NCBI GenBank assembly: GCA_963745835.1
Contig: CAVUZH010000014.1
Span: forward strand, 384,001 to 448,000
DNA length: 64,000 bases
Reading direction: 5' to 3'
Source of the DNA: an uncultured delta proteobacterium
GTDB lineage: Bacteria > Desulfobacterota > Binatia > UBA9968
A model generated the notes under the pieces. That model saw nothing but the letters and a program-made list of their open reading frames with translations, was not told where the DNA came from and ran no database searches. How positions within the stretch are numbered: position 1 is the first letter of the stretch; every line of letters starts with the position of its first letter. The position numbers were made by a program, and so were the translations under genes. This document shows positions 10,525 through 19,894 of the stretch, in pieces.

Positions 10525-10570
10525 TTTGCAAACCTGAGAATTAGCCGCTGGCCATTCGCTAGATTGAGAA
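10525..10570. promoter_or_regulatory. Candidate UAS type A pair facing the doxX gene
   Basis: TTTGCA-AACC-TGAGAA (10525) and TTCGCT-AGAT-TGAGAA (10555). Confidence 0.4.
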
Positions 10571-10676
10571 AATTGCTGCGTCGGAGGTTAAATGAAAGTG
10601 TTCGAGGATGCTAGCTGAAGACGGTTAGCTGTCGAGATGAGGTGTGCCGGATGATTTTGAAAAAGGCACTCCAGAA

Positions 10677-10723
10677 TTCTCAGCGCTAAGAACATGATGT
10701 CAACTATTTCTCACGGCTAAGAA
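10677..10723. promoter_or_regulatory. Candidate UAS type A pair upstream of the BoxB-like gene
   Basis: TTCTCA-GCGC-TAAGAA (10677) and TTCTCA-CGGC-TAAGAA (10708), 31 bp apart. Confidence 0.6.
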
Positions 10724-10781
10724 ACGGCCGTACGGAATTGTATTCCGGCTTAGTAATATGAGGCCTTTTTCACCTTAAGGA

Positions 10782-10797
10782 TGGCATTTCTGTTGCG
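10782..10797 (+). promoter_or_regulatory. Sigma54 promoter of the BoxB-like gene
   Basis: TGGCAT-TTCTG-TTGCG. Confidence 0.8.
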
Positions 10798-10839
10798 ATT
10801 CTTCGATCAGGTAGCAAACCCAAGCGATCGGAGAAGAAA

Positions 10840-11967
10840 ATGATGACGCACAACATCTCAACATTCGATGACTGGAAAGATCTATTTTCCAAATGGCAGA
10901 CAGACGTCGGTTTTGATTCCGCCCTGGTTAAGGATTACACGTACGACGCGATTTACGATGCCGGAACCGCGGGGGAAATAGAGTTCGGCGAGTTTAAGGG
11001 CCGGAAGAAGTTTGAAAAGATTCTCGATATTCCGACGCAGGAGATGCGCGATTCTCTGCTCCATCTGATTTATTACCAAGGGGACACCGAATTTGCCTCG
11101 ACAGAACAACAGCGGAAACTTCTCGATACGGCTCCCAGCGACTACGATTTACAGTGCTTACTGCGCGTGATGCGAGAAGAACAGCGCCATGGGTGGCAGA
11201 TGTGCCACGTCCTTATGAGCCAGTTCGGCGATTCAGGCAAGATCGAGGCGAGAAAGCTCCTTGAACGACGCGCATACGACGGAACCCGGCTGTTAGGCGC
11301 TTTCAATCAGGAGATGGATAATTGGATCGACTTTTTCACTTACACGTGTTTCATCGACCGAGACGGCAAATTCCAGCTGACGATGCTGCACCGCTCTAGC
11401 TTTGCACCCTTGTCAAGGAGCATGGGACCAATGCTCAAAGAAGAGGCTTTTCACCTCTTCACCGGCCAGAGCGGTCTTATGAGAATTATCAAGACCGGCA
11501 AAGTACCGATCGATATCTTACAGAAATATCTCAACAAATGGCTATCCACCGGCTACGATCTTTTCGGTAAGGACCACTCCAGTTCTGCTGCGCGATTCTA
11601 TAGATGGGGTTTTAAGGGGAGATTCGATGAGGCGCTTGGCTCTGACCTGCCCGGGGACCTCGATCGTCTAAATGAGGCGGCGAGAAATCTATACTACAAG
11701 GAGAGTTGCGAGATTATCACGAGTCTCAACGCCCTTATCCCAGACGGCAAGCCGAAGTTGCGGGCGCCTAGCCCTAAGTTCAATCGGCAGATCGGTGATT
11801 ATGCTGGACAGACATATAGCGTCGGCGGCTATCTCCTCTCCGGTGCGGATTACCGGGATCATCTCAGGGACGTGCTCCCTGGTCCGGGCGATTTACATCA
11901 GCTCGAGACGATCTTTAAGAGCAAGGACTGGATCACAGCTGGACATGCACAGTCTCAGAAGTCGTGA
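10840..11967 (+). CDS. BoxB-like diiron protein (benzoyl-CoA epoxidase-like, PaaA_PaaC fold), short form
   Basis: QGDTEFASTEQQR, APSDYD, EEQRHGWQM, RLLGAFN, DRDGKFQL, EEAFH, QKYLN. Confidence 0.85.
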   Translation: MMTHNISTFDDWKDLFSKWQTDVGFDSALVKDYTYDAIYDAGTAGEIEFGEFKGRKKFEKILDIPTQEMRDSLLHLIYYQGDTEFASTEQQRKLLDTAPSDYDLQCLLRVMREEQRHGWQMCHVLMSQFGDSGKIEARKLLERRAYDGTRLLGAFNQEMDNWIDFFTYTCFIDRDGKFQLTMLHRSSFAPLSRSMGPMLKEEAFHLFTGQSGLMRIIKTGKVPIDILQKYLNKWLSTGYDLFGKDHSSSAARFYRWGFKGRFDEALGSDLPGDLDRLNEAARNLYYKESCEIITSLNALIPDGKPKLRAPSPKFNRQIGDYAGQTYSVGGYLLSGADYRDHLRDVLPGPGDLHQLETIFKSKDWITAGHAQSQKS

Positions 11968-12017
11968 CTGAAGTGATGGGGGGACGTTGCTGGAACAAAC
12001 TTGAAAGGAGAGATCAG

Positions 12018-12335
12018 ATGGATGCACTATATTTCGATAAACTGCGGGGCCGCCGAATGGAGATTGAGACGACTTTACGACATCTCGATATCCAGCGGCG
12101 TGATGTTGAAGAAAACACCGACTGGATGAATAGAGCTGCTTACGAGAGCCGGATTTACCTGCTCGCCCGCTTATCCTCATGGTATCAGGACGAAACAGGT
12201 CAAATAGAGAGAGCGCTCGAACGGCGAGATGCTAGTTTGTACAGCCTCTGCTTTGGATGCCATGAACCTATCGGAAGAGAGCTCTTGGAAGCTGACCCTA
12301 AAGCGCAGTTTTGCTTCGAGTGCCAAGAGTCATGA
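12018..12335 (+). CDS. TraR/DksA C4 zinc-finger protein
   Basis: Coiled coil, IERALER, CFGC...CFEC; GGAG RBS. Confidence 0.75.
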   Translation: MDALYFDKLRGRRMEIETTLRHLDIQRRDVEENTDWMNRAAYESRIYLLARLSSWYQDETGQIERALERRDASLYSLCFGCHEPIGRELLEADPKAQFCFECQES

Positions 12336-12473
12336 TCCGTAGTTTTGGCTTCGAAGTCACAGGCTACAACAGTGAATAGTTAGCGAGACCATGAAGCTGA
12401 CGGCTAAGCAAACTCGTTTCGGCTTGATCCTGCAGCGATGCCTTCTTGAGTGGTCACCCGAGTGGCGATTCTT

Positions 12474-12906
12474 ATGGGACTGTTGAAAACGATTCTAGCA
12501 CCAACGGATTTGTCCGACGTCTCAGCCGAGGGCGTTCGTTACGCGTGCCGACTGGCTACGGAGATTGGGCGGAACTCATCGTCCTCAGCGTTATGCTATT
12601 GAACAAAAGCAACGCCGTCGAGAAGTACGACATTGCATACCATCAAAGACGGCTCGAAAATCATCCTCGTGAGAACTCGCCGATGCGGGGCTGTGTTGAA
12701 AGCGCCCCAGATGGTCGATGCCGGCACCCCACGCTGCCATCGTCAGCTGCACCGAGAAGGAAGGGGCCAACCTGATCGTTATGTCTTCGCACTATCGGAG
12801 CGAATTGACCCGGATGTTGATCGGCAGTGTTACGGCTAAAGTCTTGCGTGCTGCACCATGCCCCCATGCTATCGTCCTACGATCGAATGACAAAGTATTT
12901 CGCTAA
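12474..12906 (+). pseudogene. Universal stress protein, frameshifted
   Basis: LKTILAPTDLSDVSAEGVRYA and ANLIVMSSH...IGSVTAKVLRAAPCP in different frames. Confidence 0.8.
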
Positions 12907-12963
12907 CGATAAACTACATAAAGCTGCCGTTGATGAAGAGTTTAAAGTTGATTCTTCAAGGCG

Positions 12964-14058
12964 GTGGATATGAATGCAATTCGGCCCAGGTTCGTTCTCG
13001 TTGTTTTGGCGGCAGTTTCACTTCTCATTGGTCTGTGGGCTGGCATGGTTAGGATCGGTTGGGTTCTGCCGAGACCGACTGAAGAGTTTGTGCTCGTTCA
13101 CGGGCCGCTGATGGTGGTGGGATTTCTCGGTACGCTCATCGGACTTGAGCGCGCCGTCGCCTTGCATCGCTGGTGGCCGTACGGCATCCCCGTCTTCTCC
13201 GCTCTCACCCCAATTACGTTGTTTGCCGCTCCAGTGGAATTGACGGCGTCATTGGCAGCCGCGGCGAGTATACTTCTGATCGCGGTGTTTATTGCGCTTT
13301 ACCGCCAGTACCCTTCCGCGCATTTCATCATCATGGCGCTAAGCGCCGTTACCTGGTTGGTGGGCAACGCTCTTTGGCTTACCGGTTTTCCAATGTTCGC
13401 TCTGGTGCCATGGTGGGCTGCATTCCTGGTGCTCATGATTGCCGCTGAAAGATTGGAGCTGTCTCGACTCAGGCAACCCACGGCGCTCGTTCGTTTGGTA
13501 TTTCATGCCGCGGTTGCGGTCATACTCACCGGACTTGGGTACTCGTTCCTGAATCTTCATACAGCCATTCGCATAGGCGGAATCGGACTGCTTATCTTGG
13601 CACTCTGGTTGTTGCGTTACGATCTGGTATGGAAGAGCGTACAGCAAGTCGGTTTGCCGCGTCTCATGGCGATCTGTTTGATTGCCGGATATGTATGGTT
13701 GGCGGCGGCCGGAGTTCTTTGGATTATTTTCGCAGAATTTTTTAGCGCCGGCCCGCGCTACGATGCGATGTTACATGCGATCTTTTTGGGTTTTGTCTTC
13801 TCGATGATATTTGCCCACGCGCCGATCATATTGCCAACCATAACCGGACTGGCCTTGCCGTTTCAAAATGCTTTTTATCTGCACGCGGGTTTATTGCATC
13901 TGTCGGTGCTCTTGCGAATCTCCGGCGATCTTGCGCTTTTGCTTTCGGTGCAACGATGGGCTGGTTTGCTCAATGCAAGCGCGATCTTACTCTTTTTGAT
14001 CAATAACGTTCGCGCCGTGCGGTTGGGGGCAAACGGCCGTTCGATTAGAAAAAACTGA
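12964..14058 (+). CDS. Polytopic membrane protein, NnrS-like
   Basis: About 12 hydrophobic segments; HGPLMVVGFLGTLIGLERAVA, IAAERLELSR, YDAMLHAIFLGFVFSMIFAHAP. Confidence 0.6.
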   Translation: MDMNAIRPRFVLVVLAAVSLLIGLWAGMVRIGWVLPRPTEEFVLVHGPLMVVGFLGTLIGLERAVALHRWWPYGIPVFSALTPITLFAAPVELTASLAAAASILLIAVFIALYRQYPSAHFIIMALSAVTWLVGNALWLTGFPMFALVPWWAAFLVLMIAAERLELSRLRQPTALVRLVFHAAVAVILTGLGYSFLNLHTAIRIGGIGLLILALWLLRYDLVWKSVQQVGLPRLMAICLIAGYVWLAAAGVLWIIFAEFFSAGPRYDAMLHAIFLGFVFSMIFAHAPIILPTITGLALPFQNAFYLHAGLLHLSVLLRISGDLALLLSVQRWAGLLNASAILLFLINNVRAVRLGANGRSIRKN

Positions 14059-14606
14059 TCCGGGTCAGCAAATTTCTTGGAACGCAGAATCTGTTTGGGT
14101 GCGATTCCTATTCATAACAACCGGCTTGCTTGGCCAGGTGGTGCCAGGCATAGAAACAGGCGCGCACCATCGGCGGCACCTCAGCTTTGTCAAAATCCTC
14201 GGGCGTTAAGCCGATTACCTCCCCTTGCTTCACCGTGACCGTGCAGTGATCCATGCCGCCAGCGGGTCGTTAATTAGGTCATCGCTCTCGTGCCCCAGAT
14301 TACCCGCTTGACCGCCAGCGGTGCACTGACTTGCACATAGCCCCAGCAATCGCGTCGGTTGGTTGTGTACAGCGCACTCTGCACGACATAGAAACGTCCC
14401 CGCTCCAACGTCAGCGGCACCGCGAAGAAACTTTTGAACTCGACGCTCTCGAACTGGTCATTGACCCATCTGGTCCAGAGTTTTCAGTAAGTCGCCCACA
14501 AGATCCAGAGCGATCTCCCAAAGTTTACAGCAGCGCAGGCTCCGAAATCACGGACGTGCACGCTTTCAGTAGATTACATGTAAACCAAAATTTCGTCATT
14601 CTCCCT

Positions 14607-15020
14607 CTAACGATGATAATCGCCCGCCGCTTCGGGCTGATAGACGATCTCTCTAACAGTTAGCCTTTTTAAGCCAGCTGGAACGTCCCATTCAACTGTG
14701 TCCCCAACCCGATATCCCAGCACTGCGGTTCCAATTGGAGCTAGAATTGAAATTTTGCCACGCGACGAATCAGCGTCAGCAGGGAACACTAAGCTGTAGA
14801 CGGGTTCCTCGCCGTTGTCTAAGTCTTGCAGTCTAAATGTTGAATTCATTGTGATCACATCGTTGGGAATTTCTTCCGGTCGCACCAAATCAGCTTGATC
14901 CAATTCGTCGCTTAGCTCATCAAGATATTCCAGAATTCTCTTGTCGCCAAATTCTGAGGCGACGTCTATAAGTTCGCGTAATCGTCGCGAATCGAACTCG
15001 GTAATATAGATTTTACTCAT
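14607..15020 (-). CDS. rnk: Nucleoside diphosphate kinase regulator (GreA/GreB family)
   Basis: IYITEFD, DVITMNS, ISILAPIGTAVLGYRVGD, YQPEAAG. Confidence 0.92.
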   Translation of the reverse strand: MSKIYITEFDSRRLRELIDVASEFGDKRILEYLDELSDELDQADLVRPEEIPNDVITMNSTFRLQDLDNGEEPVYSLVFPADADSSRGKISILAPIGTAVLGYRVGDTVEWDVPAGLKRLTVREIVYQPEAAGDYHR

Positions 15021-16058
15021 TGTAGGTTCCTCGTTTGGGTACAGTATCAATCTCGGGAAAGCCCTTATCTTTGTCAGTTGATGAACCGTCTATTATTGCT
15101 ACTTTCTCGATATCAGAGTGAGAAGGCTTTCTGGCCAATCCAACCGCGCCGTTTGGTTTTACCATCAATACGGAGCATTTGACTTGGTTGAGGATTTTCT
15201 CGGCGGTATTGCCGATGAGCCATCCCCCTAATCCACGTCTGCTGAACATACCTACGACAAGCAAGTCAATTTTTGCCCTGCGCGCTACCATTGGAATCAC
15301 TTTACTCGCCGTGCCTTTCATCAGGTGCATGCGATGTCGCACTGTCGTTGCACTGGAGTTTTGGATCATCTCTTTGACAGAACTCGCCTGAACATTAAAA
15401 ACGTTGTAGGCATACCTGCTTAGATTCTCAGCCGAGAGTCCGCCTTGGCTGCGGAGAACACCTTCAGCGGGCGCCCTCCAGGCGTTGACAATGTGCAGTT
15501 CAGTGCCTTCTCTACGGCCAGTGAAGAGGCTATATCCAAAATCTTCGTATTCAACGCATCTCTGTCTTCGTCGAACGGATCCGGATCCACAGCAGCCATT
15601 ATCCGGATATCTTCCTTTGCGATACTTGGGTTTATAACCCAAACCGGACACGGGCACTTCCGGATGAGCTTCAACGTGGTAGAGCCGAGTGAGATCTGTT
15701 TCAGTGGAGGCCTACTATGTTCGGCCACCAGTACAAGATCATGTCGGCCACGTAGTACTTGCTGCATTACTTCGGCGACCGGATTTCCGCACACCACATT
15801 AATTTCGAACTGCAGATTTGCCTGCTTCGTTACTACGAGCTCTTTTAGTTTCTCGCACCGCTCCAGAATGCCAATCTCTCGGAGATCCTTTGACGATTGA
15901 TCAGCCGGTGAACCCAACCGTTCTGGCACTGCTTCGATCACATTGAGTATCGTTAAACGGGCGTTCTCCTCCGCAGCAAGCGCGATTGCGCGCTCACAGG
16001 CTTCTTCACACAGTGTGTTCGAATCAACAAACAAAAGAATGTTTTTAAATCCCGCCAT
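15013..16058 (-). pseudogene. Tandem-domain USP (UspE-like), frameshifted near 15510
   Basis: Two overlapping ORFs: FKNILLFVD...LIRKCPCPVWV...IMAAVDP, then ELHIVNAW...IGNTAEKILNQVKCSVLMVKP. Confidence 0.85.
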
Positions 16059-16410
16059 GAACTTCTTTGCTCCTTGGGCCGACAAATAAAACGGCCTTCA
16101 AAGGTCAGTTGTTATAGGCAAGCTCGAGGGTTGCCTAGTTTGTTTGCTTGTTCTTAGTTCGGGCTACTTAAAAGTATACCGTTGCATGAGATCCGCTGGT
16201 GATCTCGCACGTGATCCACACAGGCGCAGTGCCGGACCGACGGTATAAGACTGTCACGGTATTGAGTCGTGGGAGATTGCCAGCCGATCTAGCATCCGAA
16301 GATAAAATACACATCAGACGCTGTCAGCTTTCGACGACCTCCTACGGCGGTGCGTTTACGTTTGCTCTGCGACAGCTAGAATCTGCAGCTTTTGGGAACG
16401 CCTAGTTTTT

Positions 16411-16539
16411 TTAAGCTCTCCCGATACTAGCAGCCAGTCCGGCAATTCCGAGAAAAAAGATAACCAGCGCTATCGGGAGAACAATGATGGAAAATAAACT
16501 GAAAGCTATAAGACCAACAATTGGATTTAAGATGCTCAC
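16411..16539 (-). CDS. Small hydrophobic peptide (42 aa)
   Basis: GTG start with AAGGAG RBS; MSILNPIVGLIAFSLFSIIVLPIALVIFFLGIAGLAASIGRA; below the ORF-track cutoff. Confidence 0.6.
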   Translation of the reverse strand: MSILNPIVGLIAFSLFSIIVLPIALVIFFLGIAGLAASIGRA

Positions 16540-16565
16540 ATCGACGCTCCTTACGCATTCGATAG

Positions 16566-16581
16566 AGCAAGATCGATGCCG
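16566..16581 (-). promoter_or_regulatory. Putative sigma54 promoter of the 42-aa peptide
   Basis: CGGCAT-CGATC-TTGCT. Confidence 0.65.
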
Positions 16582-16717
16582 GGATCGATTGAGGAATTTA
16601 TCGGCTTCGAATGAAGAAAAGTTTGGTAGCTCTTTTATGTCTGCGCATTATCTACTTGGGATCCGCAGAGCAAGATGTCCACATAAGGCTCGATGGTGGT
16701 TCTTGCACCGTCAAGGC

Positions 16718-16745
16718 TGAGGCAAGATTGTGAGACACTGTGGCA
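16718..16745. promoter_or_regulatory. Candidate UAS type B
   Basis: TGAGGCAAGATTGTGAGACACTGTGGCA; similar copies at 24074, 29855 and 35515. Confidence 0.6.
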
Positions 16746-16903
16746 TGTTTGCGTTCTTGGATTCTCCAAATGCTCATCCACAATGTAAGCTAGGCGCACT
16801 GGTTGGCGAACGACCGCATAATCCTATGGCGATCTGTCGCATTGATCCACGACGCTGTCGCACAATTAGAAGCGAAGCTTACCGTCGCTACTCACATAGC
16901 CGG

Positions 16904-17404
16904 TCACAGCTCTATATCGTAGCCGGCCTTTGCCAAGGCGCGGCGCGTCGCATCGATCACTTTGGCAGCGTCGACATGTGGCGCCACTCTTACATTGGAA
17001 GCATTTCGTAGCTGGGTTAAGATTTGATCCGTCTCAGCCCCTGCCAGTTCTTCACATTGTTCATAGAATCCGCCCGGCCGCTCTTCAATGGGATTGTGCA
17101 CTTGGAGGATGATTTTGATCGCCGCTATGATAGAAGAGGTAGGCGTGGGCACAAGAAGCGCCGCGAGAGCCCCGTGATCGAGACGGAGTTTCGACGCGAT
17201 CGGAAGGGGTTTCCCATTGCCAAGCCGCTGCGCCGCGGGGAGCAGGATCTTTTCCTCCATCGCGATATGTTTCAACAATTGAGCACGGAATTGCGCGTAA
17301 GCGGGGCCGTCAATAGTATCCAGACGAGCCGTAGCACGCTCAAGCAAAGCGTCGAGACATGCGTGATCGTCCGCGAGGTAGCGGTAGATTTTACCCCGAT
17401 CCAT
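16904..17404 (-). CDS. Hemerythrin (HHE)-domain protein
   Basis: DHACLDALL, LKHIAMEEKILLP, LDHGAL, HNPIEE. Confidence 0.85.
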   Translation of the reverse strand: MDRGKIYRYLADDHACLDALLERATARLDTIDGPAYAQFRAQLLKHIAMEEKILLPAAQRLGNGKPLPIASKLRLDHGALAALLVPTPTSSIIAAIKIILQVHNPIEERPGGFYEQCEELAGAETDQILTQLRNASNVRVAPHVDAAKVIDATRRALAKAGYDIEL

Positions 17405-17825
17405 AAGGCCCCTGACCAAAAGTCTTCAATGGCTGCAACCTAACTTAAATTTAAATTTAGGAGGAACAATCAGTTGAGAATTAGACGGCATTAAGGTTTC
17501 ATGTAGGCCTTGTCACACTGTAGAGGTCAACATCGACCTTGAGACGATGGTTGACCACATTCCAGTCAATGTTGGCGAAAAAAGCATCGATGTATTTTGA
17601 ACAGTCAGCAGGTTAATAGTCGACCAGGAACGCGTGCTCCCAAACATCCATCACGAGCACGCCCAGCACGGCCGGCCCGCGTCCCCGCCCATGACAATTG
17701 TAGCGTCATAATCAGTGAGCAAAACCAAATAGCGCATTCCGGTAATCTTTTTAGCACTAACGGCTTCGACATCACTGCAGCGCTGTGGCTTGCACGGGAT
17801 GGCCGGATGATGCCGTAGCAGCCTC

Positions 17826-18026
17826 CTATCTGTTAACTTTTAACAAGGACGAACGATAGCCGCGCCGCTCATGACGCCTCGGCACCGCCACAGTTTTGAA
17901 ATTTGGAAGAAGGCCAATCCTTATCTTCCATTCTCCGATACTAACTACCAGCGCAGCAACAGCCAGGCAGACTCCCGCAATGATGCTAACCGAGAGCACA
18001 ACAGTAGAGAACATACCCATATCCAT
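17826..18026 (-). CDS. Small membrane protein
   Basis: One hydrophobic helix with a basic tail; AAAGG RBS. Confidence 0.45.
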   Translation of the reverse strand: MDMGMFSTVVLSVSIIAGVCLAVAALVVSIGEWKIRIGLLPNFKTVAVPRRHERRGYRSSLLKVNR

Positions 18027-19004
18027 CCTTTCTTTTCGCAGTATTTAGAAACTCACCCCGCAAAGGCCGCCGCCTAACCAGTGCCGACTTTCTTTTTAGG
18101 CGCGAGGCTCATATGTCCCTGGGCTCACCTCGGGCCTCCTTTTGCTGACGATCCAAAAATTTCGACGAACGAATCTTTCGGTCTCAGCGGCGGCATTGAG
18201 AACTCGCAGGGCCGATTCCTTACCACTCCTCTCAAGTCAGTATACTCTTGCAGATTCATCCGGGATAATCGGGAAAAGGCTGGCCGGACTTCATCCGGCT
18301 CGCCGGACCATGCTGAAGAAAGATGACTGAGGTGGAAGGATACCGTTGAAGAAGCTCGTCGAGGAGCCACTCCTCTGTTATATCGCCCGAGTAATCTTTC
18401 TCCTTCATTAAATGACCTCGGCCGATTACGAAAAGCTAAAACGCAACTGTTATGCCAGGAATCCTCGAACCTTTTAGATTCTGGAGATGACCAAGCCACA
18501 GCAGACGCCACTCGTGTTTCAGACGTTACGCAGAGTATTCACTGTCAGTAGATTTTGTTTGCTCAGTAAAGCCGGAAGGCTGGGGCAAGAATGTGTGGCC
18601 ACTGAGGCGTTTTTGTGATTAATCGGCTTCTCACTGCTCAGCACAATAACTCTGTAATTTGCGCCGCCATTTTGAGCCTTCAGTAAAACTATCGTGCGGC
18701 TTTCTCTAATATTCGTTTTCATTCACTGCAAAAAGTAGAGCCATTGGGTTTTACTTCGTCCGTTTCATAGAAGCGTTTTTGAAGTTCACCCGTTGTTGGG
18801 AATAATCTTATCTATAATCATAATCGCACAACGCCGCTTGACGCTGATATACGATTTCGTTGACTTCTCGAGTCCACCCGTCGAACAGTACACTGACTAC
18901 TTGAAAATAGTTCAAGGAAGGCTTGCCAGCGATCAGTACCGATGAAACGCAGATTTGCTGCTTGCCAACTCGTTGCATCAACAGGTGCCTAACCTAAACT
19001 GTTC

Positions 19005-19020
19005 TGGCACATGGATCGCA
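19005..19020 (+). promoter_or_regulatory. Putative sigma54 promoter of the dps-sod unit
   Basis: TGGCAC-ATGGA-TCGCA. Confidence 0.55.
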
Positions 19021-19098
19021 TTGTAAGCGTGAGACGAGTTCAACCGTTTGGGATCTATAAATAGCCGGGCGTTCATTAAACTAAATAGGGAGAAAGCA

Positions 19099-19833
19099 AT
19101 GGGAGCGGTAAGCAGACGAGATCAACAAATTTCGGAAGAGATGATCGATTCGACCCTGGCGGATAGTTTTCCCGCAAGCGATCCGCCGTCCTGGACATTG
19201 GGCCGCGAGCGTTATCGCAAAAAAGAGCCCGGCACGTCAATCGCCGAATCGCCGCGAACAGATAACAAAGAGAAGTTCAGTTTGAAAAGAAATATCGATT
19301 TTTTAGAAGAACGAAATATAGATGTGGTGAAGATCCTGAACACGTTATTGTCCATCGAGTACCTGCTTTACACCAAAACACAGAGCTATTACTGGAACGT
19401 CACCGGACCGCAGTTCCGCGACCTGCACAAGCTCTTTGAGGAGCAATATATCGAGCTCAGTGAAATCGTCGATCAGATTGCGGAATGCGCGCGCTCTCTT
19501 GATGGATCGGCATTCGGCACAATGAACGAATTCTCCCACCACGCCAAGCTCAAGGAACCCTCGGACCAGTATCCCGAGCCGTGCGAGATGATTGCCAACC
19601 TTCTAGGCGACCATGAGGCGGTCATTCGACAATTACGCCGTGACCTGGAGACCTGCGCCAATAGGTATCGTGACATGGGCACCCGCGATTTTCTTACAGG
19701 CTTGATGGAGCAGCACGAAAAGATGACCTGGATGCTAAGAGGATTTCTGAGTCAGTTTAGCCCATGCGACAGAGGAAAATTGGAGAAATATGGCACTCAT
19801 CCATTGAAACTAGTTAGTCACATGAAGCGGTGA
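19099..19833 (+). CDS. dps: Dps-family ferritin-like protein with N-terminal extension
   Basis: WNVTGPQFRDLHKLFEEQY...DQIAE, LLGDHE, QHEKMTWML. Confidence 0.85.
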   Translation: MGAVSRRDQQISEEMIDSTLADSFPASDPPSWTLGRERYRKKEPGTSIAESPRTDNKEKFSLKRNIDFLEERNIDVVKILNTLLSIEYLLYTKTQSYYWNVTGPQFRDLHKLFEEQYIELSEIVDQIAECARSLDGSAFGTMNEFSHHAKLKEPSDQYPEPCEMIANLLGDHEAVIRQLRRDLETCANRYRDMGTRDFLTGLMEQHEKMTWMLRGFLSQFSPCDRGKLEKYGTHPLKLVSHMKR

Positions 19834-19894
19834 GCGCCAGATCAACCATACCGGTTTGCGATTATGATCCCAAAAAATGAGGAGGGTATTATTC

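Noticed and set aside
14100-14580. Protein-like fragments on the minus strand (DHCTVTVKQGEVIGLTPEDFDKAEVPP)
   Set aside because: Possibly a gene remnant, but I cannot assign a family or boundaries.
18727-18743. Sigma54-like TGGCTC...TTTGCA on the minus strand
   Set aside because: GG-GC spacing is one base too long.
5290-19833. Encapsulin nanocompartment with ferritin-like cargo
   Set aside because: No shell gene was recognised, and no LxIGSL-type targeting peptide was seen on the ferritin-like or hemerythrin proteins.
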